A DNA stretch of 63,726 nucleotides, the filler included, from Reticulomyxa filosa (lineage: Eukaryota; Protista; Foraminifera), in assembly GCA_000512085.1 (NCBI GenBank). It is 20 parts of 20 records of this genome, joined end to end, with 100 filler letters (N's around TTAATTAATTAA, not from the genome) between each part and the next. Parts side by side here need not be neighbours in the genome. Positions count along the whole stretch, not along the records: positions 12,317 to 18,267 come from ASPP01022512.1; positions 18,368 to 19,563 come from ASPP01039570.1; positions 19,664 to 21,466 come from ASPP01029189.1; positions 21,567 to 22,856 come from ASPP01042809.1; positions 22,957 to 25,625 come from ASPP01007551.1; positions 25,726 to 34,623 come from ASPP01006098.1; 14 more parts are not named here. One strand, 5' to 3'. This document shows, one piece after another, positions 12,982 through 26,698 of this stretch; the first letter of the stretch is position 1; every line of letters starts with the position of its first letter. Made by a program: the position numbers and the translations under genes. Below the pieces are notes generated by a model. It was not told the DNA's origin, ran no database searches, and was given only the letters and a program-made list of their open reading frames with translations.

Positions 12982-14845
12982 ATCACAAGCAAATAAACGC
13001 TGAATTCAGCAAATAACAGAAATTAATTAAAAAAGTAAAAACGTTTTTTGATGCTTCTTGCCAGTTTTTTTAAAAACTAGGAGTTTTCCAGGCAAAACAA
13101 AACTTTGTCAATTTCCTAAACTAAAGTTATAAATTTGTCTTTTACTATCTAACACTTTTTTTTCTATATTCAAAGGTTTTTTTAGGCTTTGGCGACTATT
13201 CCGACGTTGGCGACTTTGAAAAAGTAAAAGGAAAGCTCAAAAAAAAAAACCTATGCTAATATGAATAATGTTTGTGAAGATTTATCTTTTTTCTCGCAAA
13301 TCTCATCTCAAATCAAAATGCTCGCGTTGATATTGCAATTCGTTTGAGCAAGTTGACAAGCAAAGTAAGTGGAGAAAGTATAACGTAGTCCAAACATTTT
13401 TCTGTTTTATCCCTTCTATGCAATTAATTGTTTTCTTCGGTATATGATCAATACATAGAAGATGTTAATGATGTACATGAAGCGATTTCCTGTGAACGTA
13501 AATTTTAATCCTTTGAATTTTTTGTATTACAAAAGTTCTTCAAAAGTGTAAAACCAAAAGGTATTCTTGTAAAAAAATTATTTTGTAACTTGGAAATAAA
13601 AAAAATTGAATAATGGTTTGTCGTGTTTTAATACAATAAATATGAACAGAAAAAAATGAAAATTTCCTTAAAAAAGGTGTGTAAAGAAATGTTTTTTGTT
13701 TTCATTTTTTGTTGGCACTATTCATTTGCTCTTTATTTTGTTAAAAAAAAAGATCTTACTCAAACAAAAAAGTTTCCATCAAAACATTGATTCAAAAAAA
13801 GGAAAAAAAAAGATTATACGAATTGAAAACTTCGAATTTCATTGTTTATTATTTTGATAATAAAAAAGGTGTGACAAAAAGATATTATATATTTTTATTA
13901 AAAAAATTATCAAAAAGAATATCAAAATTAATTGTATGATTTGTTTTGAATGACAATAATAATAACAAATAGCATTTGTTATTAATAACTTATAAAGAAG
14001 AAGTGCATATAAAGTTCAAATATATAACGCGACAATGTGAAATAGTATATGAATATGGTTTAAAAAAACCAAATAATCCAATTATCTTACTATCTCTACA
14101 TACCTGGTTCGAATTCATAAGTGATCAAAATGGCTTATGGGTAGTAACTTGTTAGTCTTTCAGTTTATAAAATGCACTCACACCACATTGACTGACTGAC
14201 TAACGTGTTATTTTGCTATATCCCAAGTGGAGTAGCAGTCGACGCAATATTTGGCTATGGTGGATGCGTTAATCGCACCACCTCCCTATTTTTATTTTTT
14301 ATTGGTGGTAGAATTTAATTTGTATTGGTAATGATTACTCAAACATTTGTACTACCAGAACAAAAAAGTATAGCATTATTTAATTGTTTTTATTTTAGAA
14401 TGCTTCGTTTTAGTTTATTCGATTTAATTGTGGTGTTTTCACTCCATTAAAATGTTTTTTAAATGTCATGAATATTTTTGTTTTTCATTTTTTAGATAAA
14501 AACTTATATGTCTAAAATAATCAACGATAAATGATACTACTCAATTACATTTCAACATTTTGATACTCAGACCTTGTTTCATTTCTCTTCATTCTCTGTT
14601 TCTTTTTGTTATTTCTTCATATCATCTATCAATTGTGCTTTTGAATTGTACATGGTTTTGTGTTATTATTTACAAATGAGTCATTGCGAAAGCAAATTTT
14701 AGCGTTTTCATAACGACTACAAACGAGCATTTATATAAAAATGCAAGTGACTATTTTCCAAAGTATTGAAATTGCTTTAATAATAAGCCTATTTTACTCC
14801 TTTTTTCTTGATAGCACTGTATACAACAGTGTAGCCTTTAAAAAA

Positions 14846-16714
14846 TTAAAGGTTCTCTAAAGAGATGTGATTGAACCGATGAAAAGGTCCAGTAATTTCC
14901 CACCATCTCTGATCATGATTGTCACTCGTTTTTTTCCAATTCCACTTAGGAATTCGGTAGTTGTAAACCACAGTCCGAACAAATTTTGGTTTGGAATTAT
15001 TCGTTTGGTTCCTGCGAACATCAAGCAGCTGCAGGACAGTAGGCTCTTGTTGTAAAATCTTGATCATTAACTGCACATACCAGCGAGGGAAATAACCACT
15101 TCCTTTGCTGTTTTTCACGTGGGAAATGCCCCCTTCAGCGAGCAATGATCGATGCATTTGCAACGGTAGAAACCAGACCATCCAGTCCAATCTCGGCCAA
15201 TGGAGCGGAAAATATCTTGCACATTCATGTTCATCCAACGGAGGTTTGTATTTCCAATGCCAAGTTTGCCAACTGGACAAGTCGTTGGACGTTTCAATCT
15301 CAAATTCGAAACGAAAATCGTGCATTGCTGCAAACATTCCATACTGGTTGAATATATGCAAATGTGCAAATGTATTGTGTACGTACATTACCCATTGTGG
15401 TACCAAGGTACCTACACTCAAACTATTATTTCTATTAAAAACCCCCACCCATCTCTATTTTCATTCTTCCGTCATATAAAATTCGTAAACAATTAAGATA
15501 AATAAAAAGAAATTGCAATTTAATACCGTTGGCGAAGTACTTCGGCCAGTGGGAGTAATGAGCATCGAAAGTGTACGTATGCGAGAATGCAAGCAAGCAG
15601 TTCAACAAAAAGCAGCAATGGCGAAAAAAGTGAATAATAAGAAGCACTTGTCTGGCCATTAAAAACACGATCGTCAAGCAAGGAGAGTGCACAAGTGACA
15701 GAAATTAACCCAAGCCAACCGTAATTGCCAGATACGTTGATCAACAGCAACAATCCAAAGAACGCTATGAAAGCAATATACCTTGCACTGGCTACGCTAA
15801 AACACAAAAAACAAACTGGCATTTCCACGACCAACGACATGAAGCAAGACATCTGATGAAACCACGTGGGCATATTATGAAAGTAGTATGACAACCAGTT
15901 TGGCAACGGCTGCGTAAAATAGTGCACCGACAGTGCCTCCAAATCTTTCCATTGACTGCTTCCAAACCATTTTACCACGCCTGCACTTAGCATTAAACGA
16001 AAAATAAAATAACGAAATATTATTATCCCTTTTTTTTTTTTTGTTTGCTTTTTTAATTAGTATTTATTGCATTCAATTTTTTTTTTATTGTGACACAATG
16101 ATAATTACAGTAATAATGATATAAATAATAACAACAATAATAAAAATAATAAATTAAACTAAACCCAAACAGTCAAATGGCGATGAAATTGCCATTAAAA
16201 AATTTATTTCACACATCATTGGCTCCATTTGTAAAATGAAAGGGCCCAAGTTGTTTTCGAAAGATAGTGCCAATAAAAATTGGCTCCAACATAAGATATT
16301 GTAGAAGAGCCAATGATAAGACAATGGAAAATTGTGCAACAATTGCAACACGGAAATAAGTATACCAAAATCACATTGTCGTAGCAACAACGTGTCTGAG
16401 CTTCCAATGAACCAATTCATGGTTGGAAATTTCCAAAAGAGTTTACATTTTTCTTGCCAATTCGGACTTTTTATCTCATGCTTTGTTGGTGTGGAGGATT
16501 GATCACTTCCAGTCGCGGGTATGTACTTTCCTTGTTTGTTTGACAAGACCTGACATAATGGATGCAATCCATTGGTCCCAATCAGTCCCACCACTTGCTG
16601 TCGGAAACTCATAAAGACGCAGAGATTAAGCAATGCCAAGCAATGTTGCAAGATAGACCAAACTAATGAGACAGAATATAGGAGATTAATTTGATTTACT
16701 AGAAGCGAGAGCAT
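14846..16714 (-). CDS. Lipase maturation factor family protein (3 exons)
   Basis: QVVGLIGTNGLHP, MLSAGVVK...YFTQPLPNWLSYYFH, INVSGNYGWL, NQYGMFAAM, WKYKP...WPRLDWMVWF. Confidence 0.92.
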
Positions 16715-17288
16715 TATTTTTCCAATGAATGACTAGACCTTTCTAAAACGGGCATAAACGGTAAGTTTGTTAAACCCCTTCGTCTAGTTGTGTACCTTTT
16801 CGCAACTGATCTTGTTTAAAACAGCTACTGTGGCTATGCAGAAAATAATAATTAATTTTTGAGATAAAATTTTTAGAACTGTGTTGAAAAATGCACTTAA
16901 TATATAAATTTTCACCTAGTTGTAAAGATTTCTTCCAAAAGTATTATAATTATATTGTAGTTTTATATCCTGACTGCTGTTTTTTTAAAGAGTTGATGAT
17001 TAACAATAAGTGTTTGTTGCAAACAGTCCGAAGGTCAATTTGTACTTATATTTGAGCTATTACAACGTTGATTATACCAATATTAGAGTTATAATTTTGA
17101 TTGAAAAATTATTTGACTTGATATTCATATAATAGATACATTAGCAATAATTTTTTTCAATTGTAAATTTTTTAATATCACAATTACTATATACTGTCAA
17201 GAGTATGACAGTTTTGAGACTGCTGACCTGTGGTTTTTTTTTCAAAAAATAGAAGCTGAAAGTTCCAACTTCCCTTAGACTAAGAAAA

Positions 17289-17333
17289 ATAATCAGTCAG
17301 GTAAGATATTGAATTTCTTACCTGACTGATTAT
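17289..17333. repeat. Perfect 18-bp inverted repeat with a 9-nt loop
   Basis: ataatcagtcaggtaaga-tattgaatt-tcttacctgactgattat. Confidence 0.9.
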
Positions 17334-18744
17334 ATTTTTGATATTTTATTAATGTGTAACAAAATTTAGTTTCACTTATTTATATCATTTATTATATTTT
17401 TGTAAATCAATTGTACTATTTTCACACTTTTTAAATAAAATTTATTCATAATTTAGAGAAAATATTTAATACAAAGAAAAGCTATTTGTTGGTGTATTCA
17501 TGTTGCAAATCAAGTTTTCAGTTTTCACCATATAAATGAAAGAAGTTTGACAAGAAGATATTACAAATGACAACTTATAAAAAATTCTTTTACTATAACT
17601 TTTTTCTACATCTAAGGGAAATTATTCAACACTTAAGCAACCAATCAATAAGTGACAAACAGACTATCTATTTCTGAAGGACGAATAATTTTGACCAAGA
17701 TATATTGCAACTGGATCAAGTTTGAATTCTTGACAATTGCGACTCTTTGATATAGTATTTCGTAGTAAATTCTTTTTTTCCGCTTATGTCATAACAAAAT
17801 GTTTTGGCTTGTTATGTTTATCATCAACACGCTTTGTTTGAACGTTTCAATTCGTTTAATCTATCTAACACTTTGATTGCAACCCTCCTCTTCAAAAAAA
17901 AAAGGCTAGCACGCGTTCCTTTTTGGACAAATAACCTTCGAATAGAATCGACACCAATTTTCTTCATCAATAAAAAAGACAAATATAGTGTCTTTGTGTT
18001 TTACAATTCTGCTTCTCATATATCCCTATCGATTTCAATTCCTTCTGCGATGAATGGCCTAGTTTTGTCAATGTTGTAGCATTGAAAACCAAACAATACG
18101 TATTTTTTAAGTTGGTCACTTTCAATTCATGAACCTTTGACGAAATTTTGAAAAATTTTAAAAACATTGACGTGATTTTGGTCTTCATTAACAAAAATAA
18201 AATAAAATAAATTTCAAAGGAAAGTATTTTTGTAAGAATGTTTTTTTAAAAAATGGAGAACATCTCTNNNNNNNNNNNNNNNNNNNNNNNNNNNNNNNNN
18301 NNNNNNNNNNNTTAATTAATTAANNNNNNNNNNNNNNNNNNNNNNNNNNNNNNNNNNNNNNNNNNNNAGAAATTTTTTTTAAAGAAATTTGTGCAAAACT
18401 GAATATACAAGATTTCAACAAAAACTTTGAAAATAGTGTTTTGTAGATTTTGAAGAATGTTTGAAAACAAAAAAGGAACTTTGATGTTGAAACGAAAAGT
18501 GTAATTTAACACAACTTTTATAAATTTTACATGTGTTTGTTTTTGTTTTTAAATTGATTATTGCTTTGCTAAGCTTGAAGAGTAAAAATTTAAATATTCA
18601 ACTTTGAAACATTAAAACTGCTTAAATCTAAATTTCATAAATGATATGTTAAAAAACATTTGATAGAGTAATATTTCTTTAGATATTTGCAAAGCTTGAG
18701 AAATGATTTGATTTTCATTTCATTCATTATAATATTTTGATAAG

Positions 18745-19140
18745 AAGATAAGAAGAGAAAAGCAAGAACAATGCGAAATCAATCCCTCAACAACAGTCTT
18801 GCTTTGATAAAAATTGGATTTTACAATTGGACAAGCAGGAAGTCATTCACGACTTTATTTGTTTGATTTGAAAACAAGTTGCCAACGACCCAATGGAAAT
18901 CAATTGCATTCAACATAAAAACATGGATACATCATTGATCGTTGGATAGAATTGATTGAAGCAATTTCTTAGTCAAAACCCAAATTCTTGTCCAGTCGAA
19001 CCTCATGACAACTGTTTGTATTCTCAAAGTTGAATGACGAAACGATACATTAATGAATTGGATTTGATATGTCCACGACAATTTCAACAAGAACAACAAT
19101 TACAAATAGCAACACAACAAGGCAAAGGTCAAACAAATGA
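18745..19140 (+). pseudogene. RING/TRAF-type zinc-finger family pseudogene
   Basis: SCFDKNWILQL...FICLI*KQVANDPMEINCIQHKNMDTSLIVG*N*LKQFLSQNPNSCPVEPHDNCLYSQS*MTKRYINELDLICPRQF, with four in-frame stops. Confidence 0.8.
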
Positions 19141-20181
19141 TCTTTTGGAACATTCTTATTGTCTACAAATGGTTTTCTGTTTTCGAAAAACACGAAATAT
19201 TATAAAAAACTTAAAATATTGAATTTTTTCAAAGACTAAAACGATAGATATAAGAAAATTCATTACAAAGGTAATTTTTATCAATTGAAGCATAATAAGA
19301 GGAGAGGATATGATTGTGGATCAATTGTGGCTATCAACAAAAGCATTATACATACACTATTATGAAAATCATCACAAATTAGACAAATACGAAATAGAAG
19401 TGTTTACCCGCATCAATATATTGGAAAACATCGCAATGACAAAACAAAGCTTTTTTTTTTTATTCCATAACTATGAAATAAGCAAATTATGAATTGCACA
19501 CAACATCAAATTAACCTTATACAGTAGGTTGCAAAGAAAACTGAACACCTAAAACGATATCATNNNNNNNNNNNNNNNNNNNNNNNNNNNNNNNNNNNNN
19601 NNNNNNNTTAATTAATTAANNNNNNNNNNNNNNNNNNNNNNNNNNNNNNNNNNNNNNNNNNNNTATTAATAGTGATAAAATTTGCACAAGAAAATGCAAC
19701 AAAATTTTATTTTCAATTTATTTCAGCTTGTTAATTAGTCGTTTTCACATCTTTTTTATTCGATTAGTGTTTCGTGACATGTTGGCCCGTTTTTATATTT
19801 CGTTTGCTGCTTGTGGTCTTGTCGGACCATTTACGAAACCACTTCATGAAACTTTCTGCAGGCTAACTCATTATTAATTGCCATCTACATTATCATGCCT
19901 TATCACTGTTCGCTATTTTTAAAAAAGGTTTTCTCAATATCTCTTTAAACACAAATTAGAAAGTAAAAATTTACATTTATGTAAGTGTGAAGCTAGATCT
20001 ACATAAAAAACAATGCTGTTTGCTAGAATCTAGCTTTATCTGATATTTCAAATCATAGTACAAGAATCTTTCTTAGATTTTTTCAAACAATTGGTGAAAG
20101 ACATCAATAGCAACATAAAAAAAATGCAATTATCAATTTGGCCTAATTTCAAGGCAAAAGCAAGTTCAAATGGTAAAGCAA

Positions 20182-21466
<1,285 letters not shown>

Positions 21467-21779
21467 NNNNNNNNNNNNNNNNNNNNNNNNNNNNNNNNNN
21501 NNNNNNNNNNTTAATTAATTAANNNNNNNNNNNNNNNNNNNNNNNNNNNNNNNNNNNNNNNNNNNNCACACACACATGGCTCAAAGTCCACGTGCGCATG
21601 CACACAATCAGTGTCGACACAAACAATCAGTCCATGCGTTTCGATTGTTGTTCAGCGCGCCATAAACTTAGCGCCAATTTTCACAACGATCGAGTTTCCT
21701 TTGTTCGTTGATGTTGGCATGTTTCAATATCACAATCTCGTTTTGATCAAGGAAATTAAACATGCCCTTGATCTGTGAG

Positions 21780-22680
21780 CCAAATTTGGAGTATGTTTTT
21801 CCATTGCATTTGTCTTCGCCTTCGTGTCATGATCAGCACGTTGATCTTTTTGAGGCAGTTTGGATGTTGCATTCATCAATGTCGATTTTCTCCAAGATTA
21901 ATTGTCAGTTCGTCTGACGATACCGAGCTCAATCGTGAATATACTCCAAACGCGAGTCGACTTGGTCACATTTCGAGCATTGGAAAAATCAATCTCCTTT
22001 GACGTGTTTGCTCCCCATGATGATAACAGCTGTCACACACCATGCCGACGCCTTTGTAAGCTCCAGGATGATTTCGCAGCTTCAAAGACTCGCCTTCACA
22101 TTCTGGATATCGTTGTTTCGAACATTGGCGACTAGGATCATCGTTGCGGTGACGCTTTACTGTCTTCCTTCGCTTCTGTGGACATGCGAAGTAACGTACG
22201 CGCTGTCGTGCTTGTTCTATCCATCGTGTCACTACTCACCTATCTGCTCGTATATTGTGAAGTGCGTAATGCCAATGAAACAGATCGTGGCCACAATGTT
22301 ATTGGTCAATTCCACGATCTCGTCCAACTCAAGAGGCTAATCGTCGTTTTTTTTTTTCGATTCATGTTGGGACCTATTGTCTTGGTCCAACGCGAGCAGC
22401 AAATTGTCTGGAATGCTGAAGCGTGAGCGCGTTATGCTATGTCCATGTTTCACACTAAAGCGTCTTGTTTGTCCCACCTCGGCGTTTATTGTCTTTCCGG
22501 TTCACACGTCGACCTCGATGCCATAGTTTTCTCCTTCGTCAATGTCTTCAATTTATTTTATGTATCCATGACGTCCACGGTCCACTTTCACTCGGTCTCC
22601 TACTGTATTTTGGAGCATCATTTCGTTGATTGCCGTTTTGATTGCATGGTCCCAAACAAATATACGCCGTCCAGGTCTTT
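21780..22680 (-). pseudogene. Degenerate gene with a Cys-rich (ZZ/C1-like) zinc-binding motif
   Basis: PECEG...GMVCDSCYHH, then a frameshift, then FFQCSKCDQVD; many stops; higher GC than intergenic DNA. Confidence 0.4.
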
Positions 22681-23927
22681 TTTTTTTATATATGTATAAA
22701 AAAAAGAAAAGCATAAATATTGAATTTTGTTTTGTTCATTTGTCCTCCTATCCCTTCTATATCAATGGCAAACAATAACAAACGTATACTTGAAGTATGT
22801 ACTGACCATAGGTATCTTTGAGTATTTTTTCATTAACTCAATGTCGTATACGTCGTNNNNNNNNNNNNNNNNNNNNNNNNNNNNNNNNNNNNNNNNNNNN
22901 TTAATTAATTAANNNNNNNNNNNNNNNNNNNNNNNNNNNNNNNNNNNNNNNNNNNNTTTTTTTTTAGATCGAGTCACTTAAAAAATAATAACTTGAAAAA
23001 CTAATAGAAAATATAATAAAAAACGAAAAATATATCTAAATAAGATATCAAATGATATAATTAATGTGATTGAACAACTGTTTAAATGTCGTATTGCACT
23101 AGGGCTGTATGTGAGTAGTTGCAATGCTTAGACAAAGGCGTTTAGACTATCCAGATTGTGCTCAATCTGTATACTGCAATCACAAGTCAAATATGTGCAT
23201 GTGTTTTGTAGGATGCTATCGCATAAGTTGGTGACTAGTTCCATAAAGCAAATGTCTTCGATCTTACGTGACCCAAGCTAACATACAGTGATCACTTCGA
23301 CAGTGTGATCATCTTCAGGATTCATGCCATGTTGATATTTTTTTTTCATTTTATTCATTTTTTTAAAAAAATATTAAGAAGACGCACTAAGTGTAATACG
23401 AAGTTTTTTTCACAATAAAATCTTTAAGTATTTTCAAAAAGTGAAATGCTGAAAAGATAATAGACAAGCAACAAATGAAAGTCGAGAATGTTAGCGAAAG
23501 AGAGTTGCAACATTATTGTCTTAGTTCAAAAAGGAGCAACAAGTGCTCTTTACAGTTTGTCAAATAGTTCATTTACAAACTTCCAAAACAAATTTTGGAC
23601 ATATAGAATATATCTATTTTTAAAATCTTTTTTAAAAGAACACTTAAACTGAAAAAATCCTTTTGAACAAATAAACATATTGATTACGAAATTTTTTTTA
23701 AGTTGATGCAATGACAAGTATAAAAGATGGCAAAAATCGTGGGAAAATATGAAGAAATATTTCAGTTTTGATGTTAATCCTGGCATAGCAAAGAAAAGTT
23801 TGCTCAGATATGGATCAATCATTTGCTAAATAAGACTATAACAAAGCCAAACGATAAAGCACAAAAAGAGGAACCATACAAATTCAAATTCTTGTTCCTT
23901 ATTGGTTTTTTTTGTATTAAAATTCAT

Positions 23928-24454
23928 TTATTTCTGCTTATCGTTGAGGGAGGCAATAACTTCATGCTCACGTAATAATACATACTCCTATAATTGTATA
24001 ATATTTTCAAAAAATATGTTGAACATATGTATATTGACATTCAAGTACATATACCTCTTCATTTATTTTAAATTCAAAACCACTAAATTGCGGTAAAACC
24101 ACTTGATCTCCAATCTTTAAATACACTTGAAGATAATCACCACTTTTGTTCCTAGCTCCTGGGCCCGTGGCGATTACCACTCCCTAAGAAGGTGTTTATG
24201 TCTCAGAATTTTATGGTATTTTCTAACCTGTACTAAGTCGTCAAGCGTAACTTTGACTGGTTCTTGTGGTTTTGATGATTCAGGTAAATACAATCCCCCT
24301 GCTGTTGTTTTAGGCGGAATCACCTTTTTGATCAACACACGATCGAATAATGGCTTTATGTTCTTGGCCAGTAGTTGTGCCTGTGCTCCAAAAAGTTTGC
24401 TTGGAATTCATTTGCAATGAAGTGTATAAATACAACAAAGATTACTTTTACCAT
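23928..24454 (-). CDS. HSP10: 10-kDa chaperonin (Hsp10/Cpn10), 4 exons; absent from the ORF track
   Basis: Manual splice: M|AQLLAKNIKPLFDRVLIKKVIPPKTTAGGLYLPESS...|GVVIATGPGARNKSGDYLQVYLKIGDQVVLPQFSGFEFKINEE|EYVLLREHEVIASLNDKQK*. Confidence 0.9.
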
Positions 24455-24833
24455 TGTTCTGCCACAAAAGCAAGGTAGGAGTGCTATAATCAAAGACAGA
24501 GTCCACTGCCAATTTTATTGTTTACTCCTTTTATTTTCGAATTCCACCAAAAGTTAGCCAATCCCAAGAAACAACTAAAACATTGATAAATTTATTTTTT
24601 CTTTTTGAAATACTTATTCTATCTCAAAACACTCGTAGAGTTTGTGTTGTGTAAGATTATTGTTGTAATTGAAGGTATTATTTAATATTTGATCATAAAG
24701 AGTTATATTTTCTGCCAATAATCACTTGCTGACGACAAATTGAGACAATCTGAAAGTCTGCCAGCCTTTTGAGGCCCAGAACGTCGAATATATAATCAAA
24801 TTTGTCAACACCAAGGTCGTGTAAATTTGAATT

Positions 24834-25605
24834 ATGGATGAAATGACGAGTGAATTTGACGAAGAGGTAGCAGAGAAGCCTCAAGATGACAGCATTCAAG
24901 TGTTAGTCCGGGTACGACCGTTTGTTGACGCCGAGAATGAGCTGAATTCCCGGGTTTGCATTGACGTTAAGCATTTTTATTGCGTCTCTTGCACCCAAAG
25001 TGTACAAAAAAAAAAAGATTGTTATTGTTGATACCAAAAAAAAAAACAAAGGCGGATGAAAATAGTAACACTATTACTATTTCTTGTAAACCTACCCCTA
25101 AAACTTTTACATTTGATCATGTCGCTGGAATGGACAGCACACAAGAAAAAATATTTCAATGTGTAGGAAAGCCAATCACTGACACTTGTTTGGCTGGATA
25201 CAACGTTAAACAATTACTTTTTTTTGTCAATCCATTTCTATTCCTCCGCTGCACGCATGTGCGTGCAGCGTGCAAGCATATTATACATTAACATGTGTTT
25301 AATATATATGTATGTACATATATACATATACATATATGTATATGTATATGTCAATGCAATTATTGTTTTTTTGTTTTTTGTTTTTGGGTCTTATCAAAAA
25401 AACACGATGATCGAACTATGCGTGTATTGAACATTCGCGAACCCAATGAACAGGGGACAATATTTGCTTATGGCCAAACAGGCTCAGGGAAAACATTCAC
25501 AATGCAAGGCGAGTTGGAAGACACCACTTATGAAAAGCGAGGTTTGATACCAAGAGTATTCGATTACTTGTTTTCGCAAATGCTTCGACAACGTCAAAGA
25601 GTTTA
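24834..25605 (+). CDS. Kinesin motor domain N-terminal part (kinesin-12/KIF15-like), partial
   Basis: [17 protein letters not shown]...[53 protein letters not shown]. Confidence 0.92.
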
Positions 25606-26698
25606 ACAAAAAAAAAAAAAAAAAANNNNNNNNNNNNNNNNNNNNNNNNNNNNNNNNNNNNNNNNNNNNTTAATTAATTAANNNNNNNNNNNNNNNNNNN
25701 NNNNNNNNNNNNNNNNNNNNNNNNNCCCGGTGGGTTAAACTTTCCGCACTCTTCACAACCTTTCTTGCGTTTTTCCTTTTACTCTTTCGTTGTTGTTTTT
25801 GCCATTTCTTCTTTCTTTATTTAAATTACTTTGAGTTGTTGAAAATCTGCTCGAAAGAGTTTATCACTTTTCGTATTACATTTAGTGCAGTCTCCTTCCG
25901 CAGCAACAGCTCTTACATGTTACAGCAGCTCATCACATAACAGCAAACACAGCAAGAACTGCAAAAAATCTATTTGTGAAAAACTGCGAAGCCAAATTGA
26001 AATGGCAACAGAGAAAATAAGTCACAATTTGAAACCAGGTGATATTCTAAGTTATATTTTGGACAAACGTGCTTAAATCCAAAGTGCTTAAACCGACACT
26101 CTGACAATTCCAATGACATGATTTATTCAAATGTTCATCCAAGTCTTTTATTTGACCTTTGAAATCACAAATCTGTCATACATTCCAATATCTTTCCTTC
26201 TTTGTTGCTTTTCGACATTTCCAGTTTTAGGAGTAAATAATATATGAATAATTGACAAAGGCTATCAAGTTTTGTTATGATTTGAACTGTTTTTTCAATT
26301 AATATTGATAATTTAAAAAAGGTATAAAGTGGCTAAATAATTTATTTCACGTACCAGCAGGTACATCAATTAAGTACATATGTAAAGGTCGCTTGAGAGG
26401 ACCAAAAAAATATGTATTGCCCTGTTTAATTTTCCAATTAGCAACACCACATTGTTGTTCTCAGTAGTTCGGTTTGGAGCCTTTTTTCTTTTTTTTTTTT
26501 TTTGCACATTTTTTGAAACAATTTCAAGCAAATCTAAGCGATTGTGACATTGCTGTACTCAAATTTTTTTTCAGTTTTTAGAGGTTCCAGTCGTTTATTC
26601 TTTGTTTCTTCCTGTGTTTCGCGTTTGAACTTGTGTCTCGACGACTTCTGAAGTAAATTTTTCAAAGTAATTGAAAATTGGAATAACTGATTTAAGCC

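Noticed and set aside
14100-14122. tRNA (GGTTCGAAT T-loop/B-box-like motif)
   Set aside because: The T-stem is imperfect, and no acceptor, D or anticodon arms can be folded
18865-19035. UGA recoding as Cys/Sec in the RING gene (two TGA at Cys positions)
   Set aside because: The same frame also has a TAG and a TGA at a non-Cys site, and other genes show no internal TGA, so it is a pseudogene
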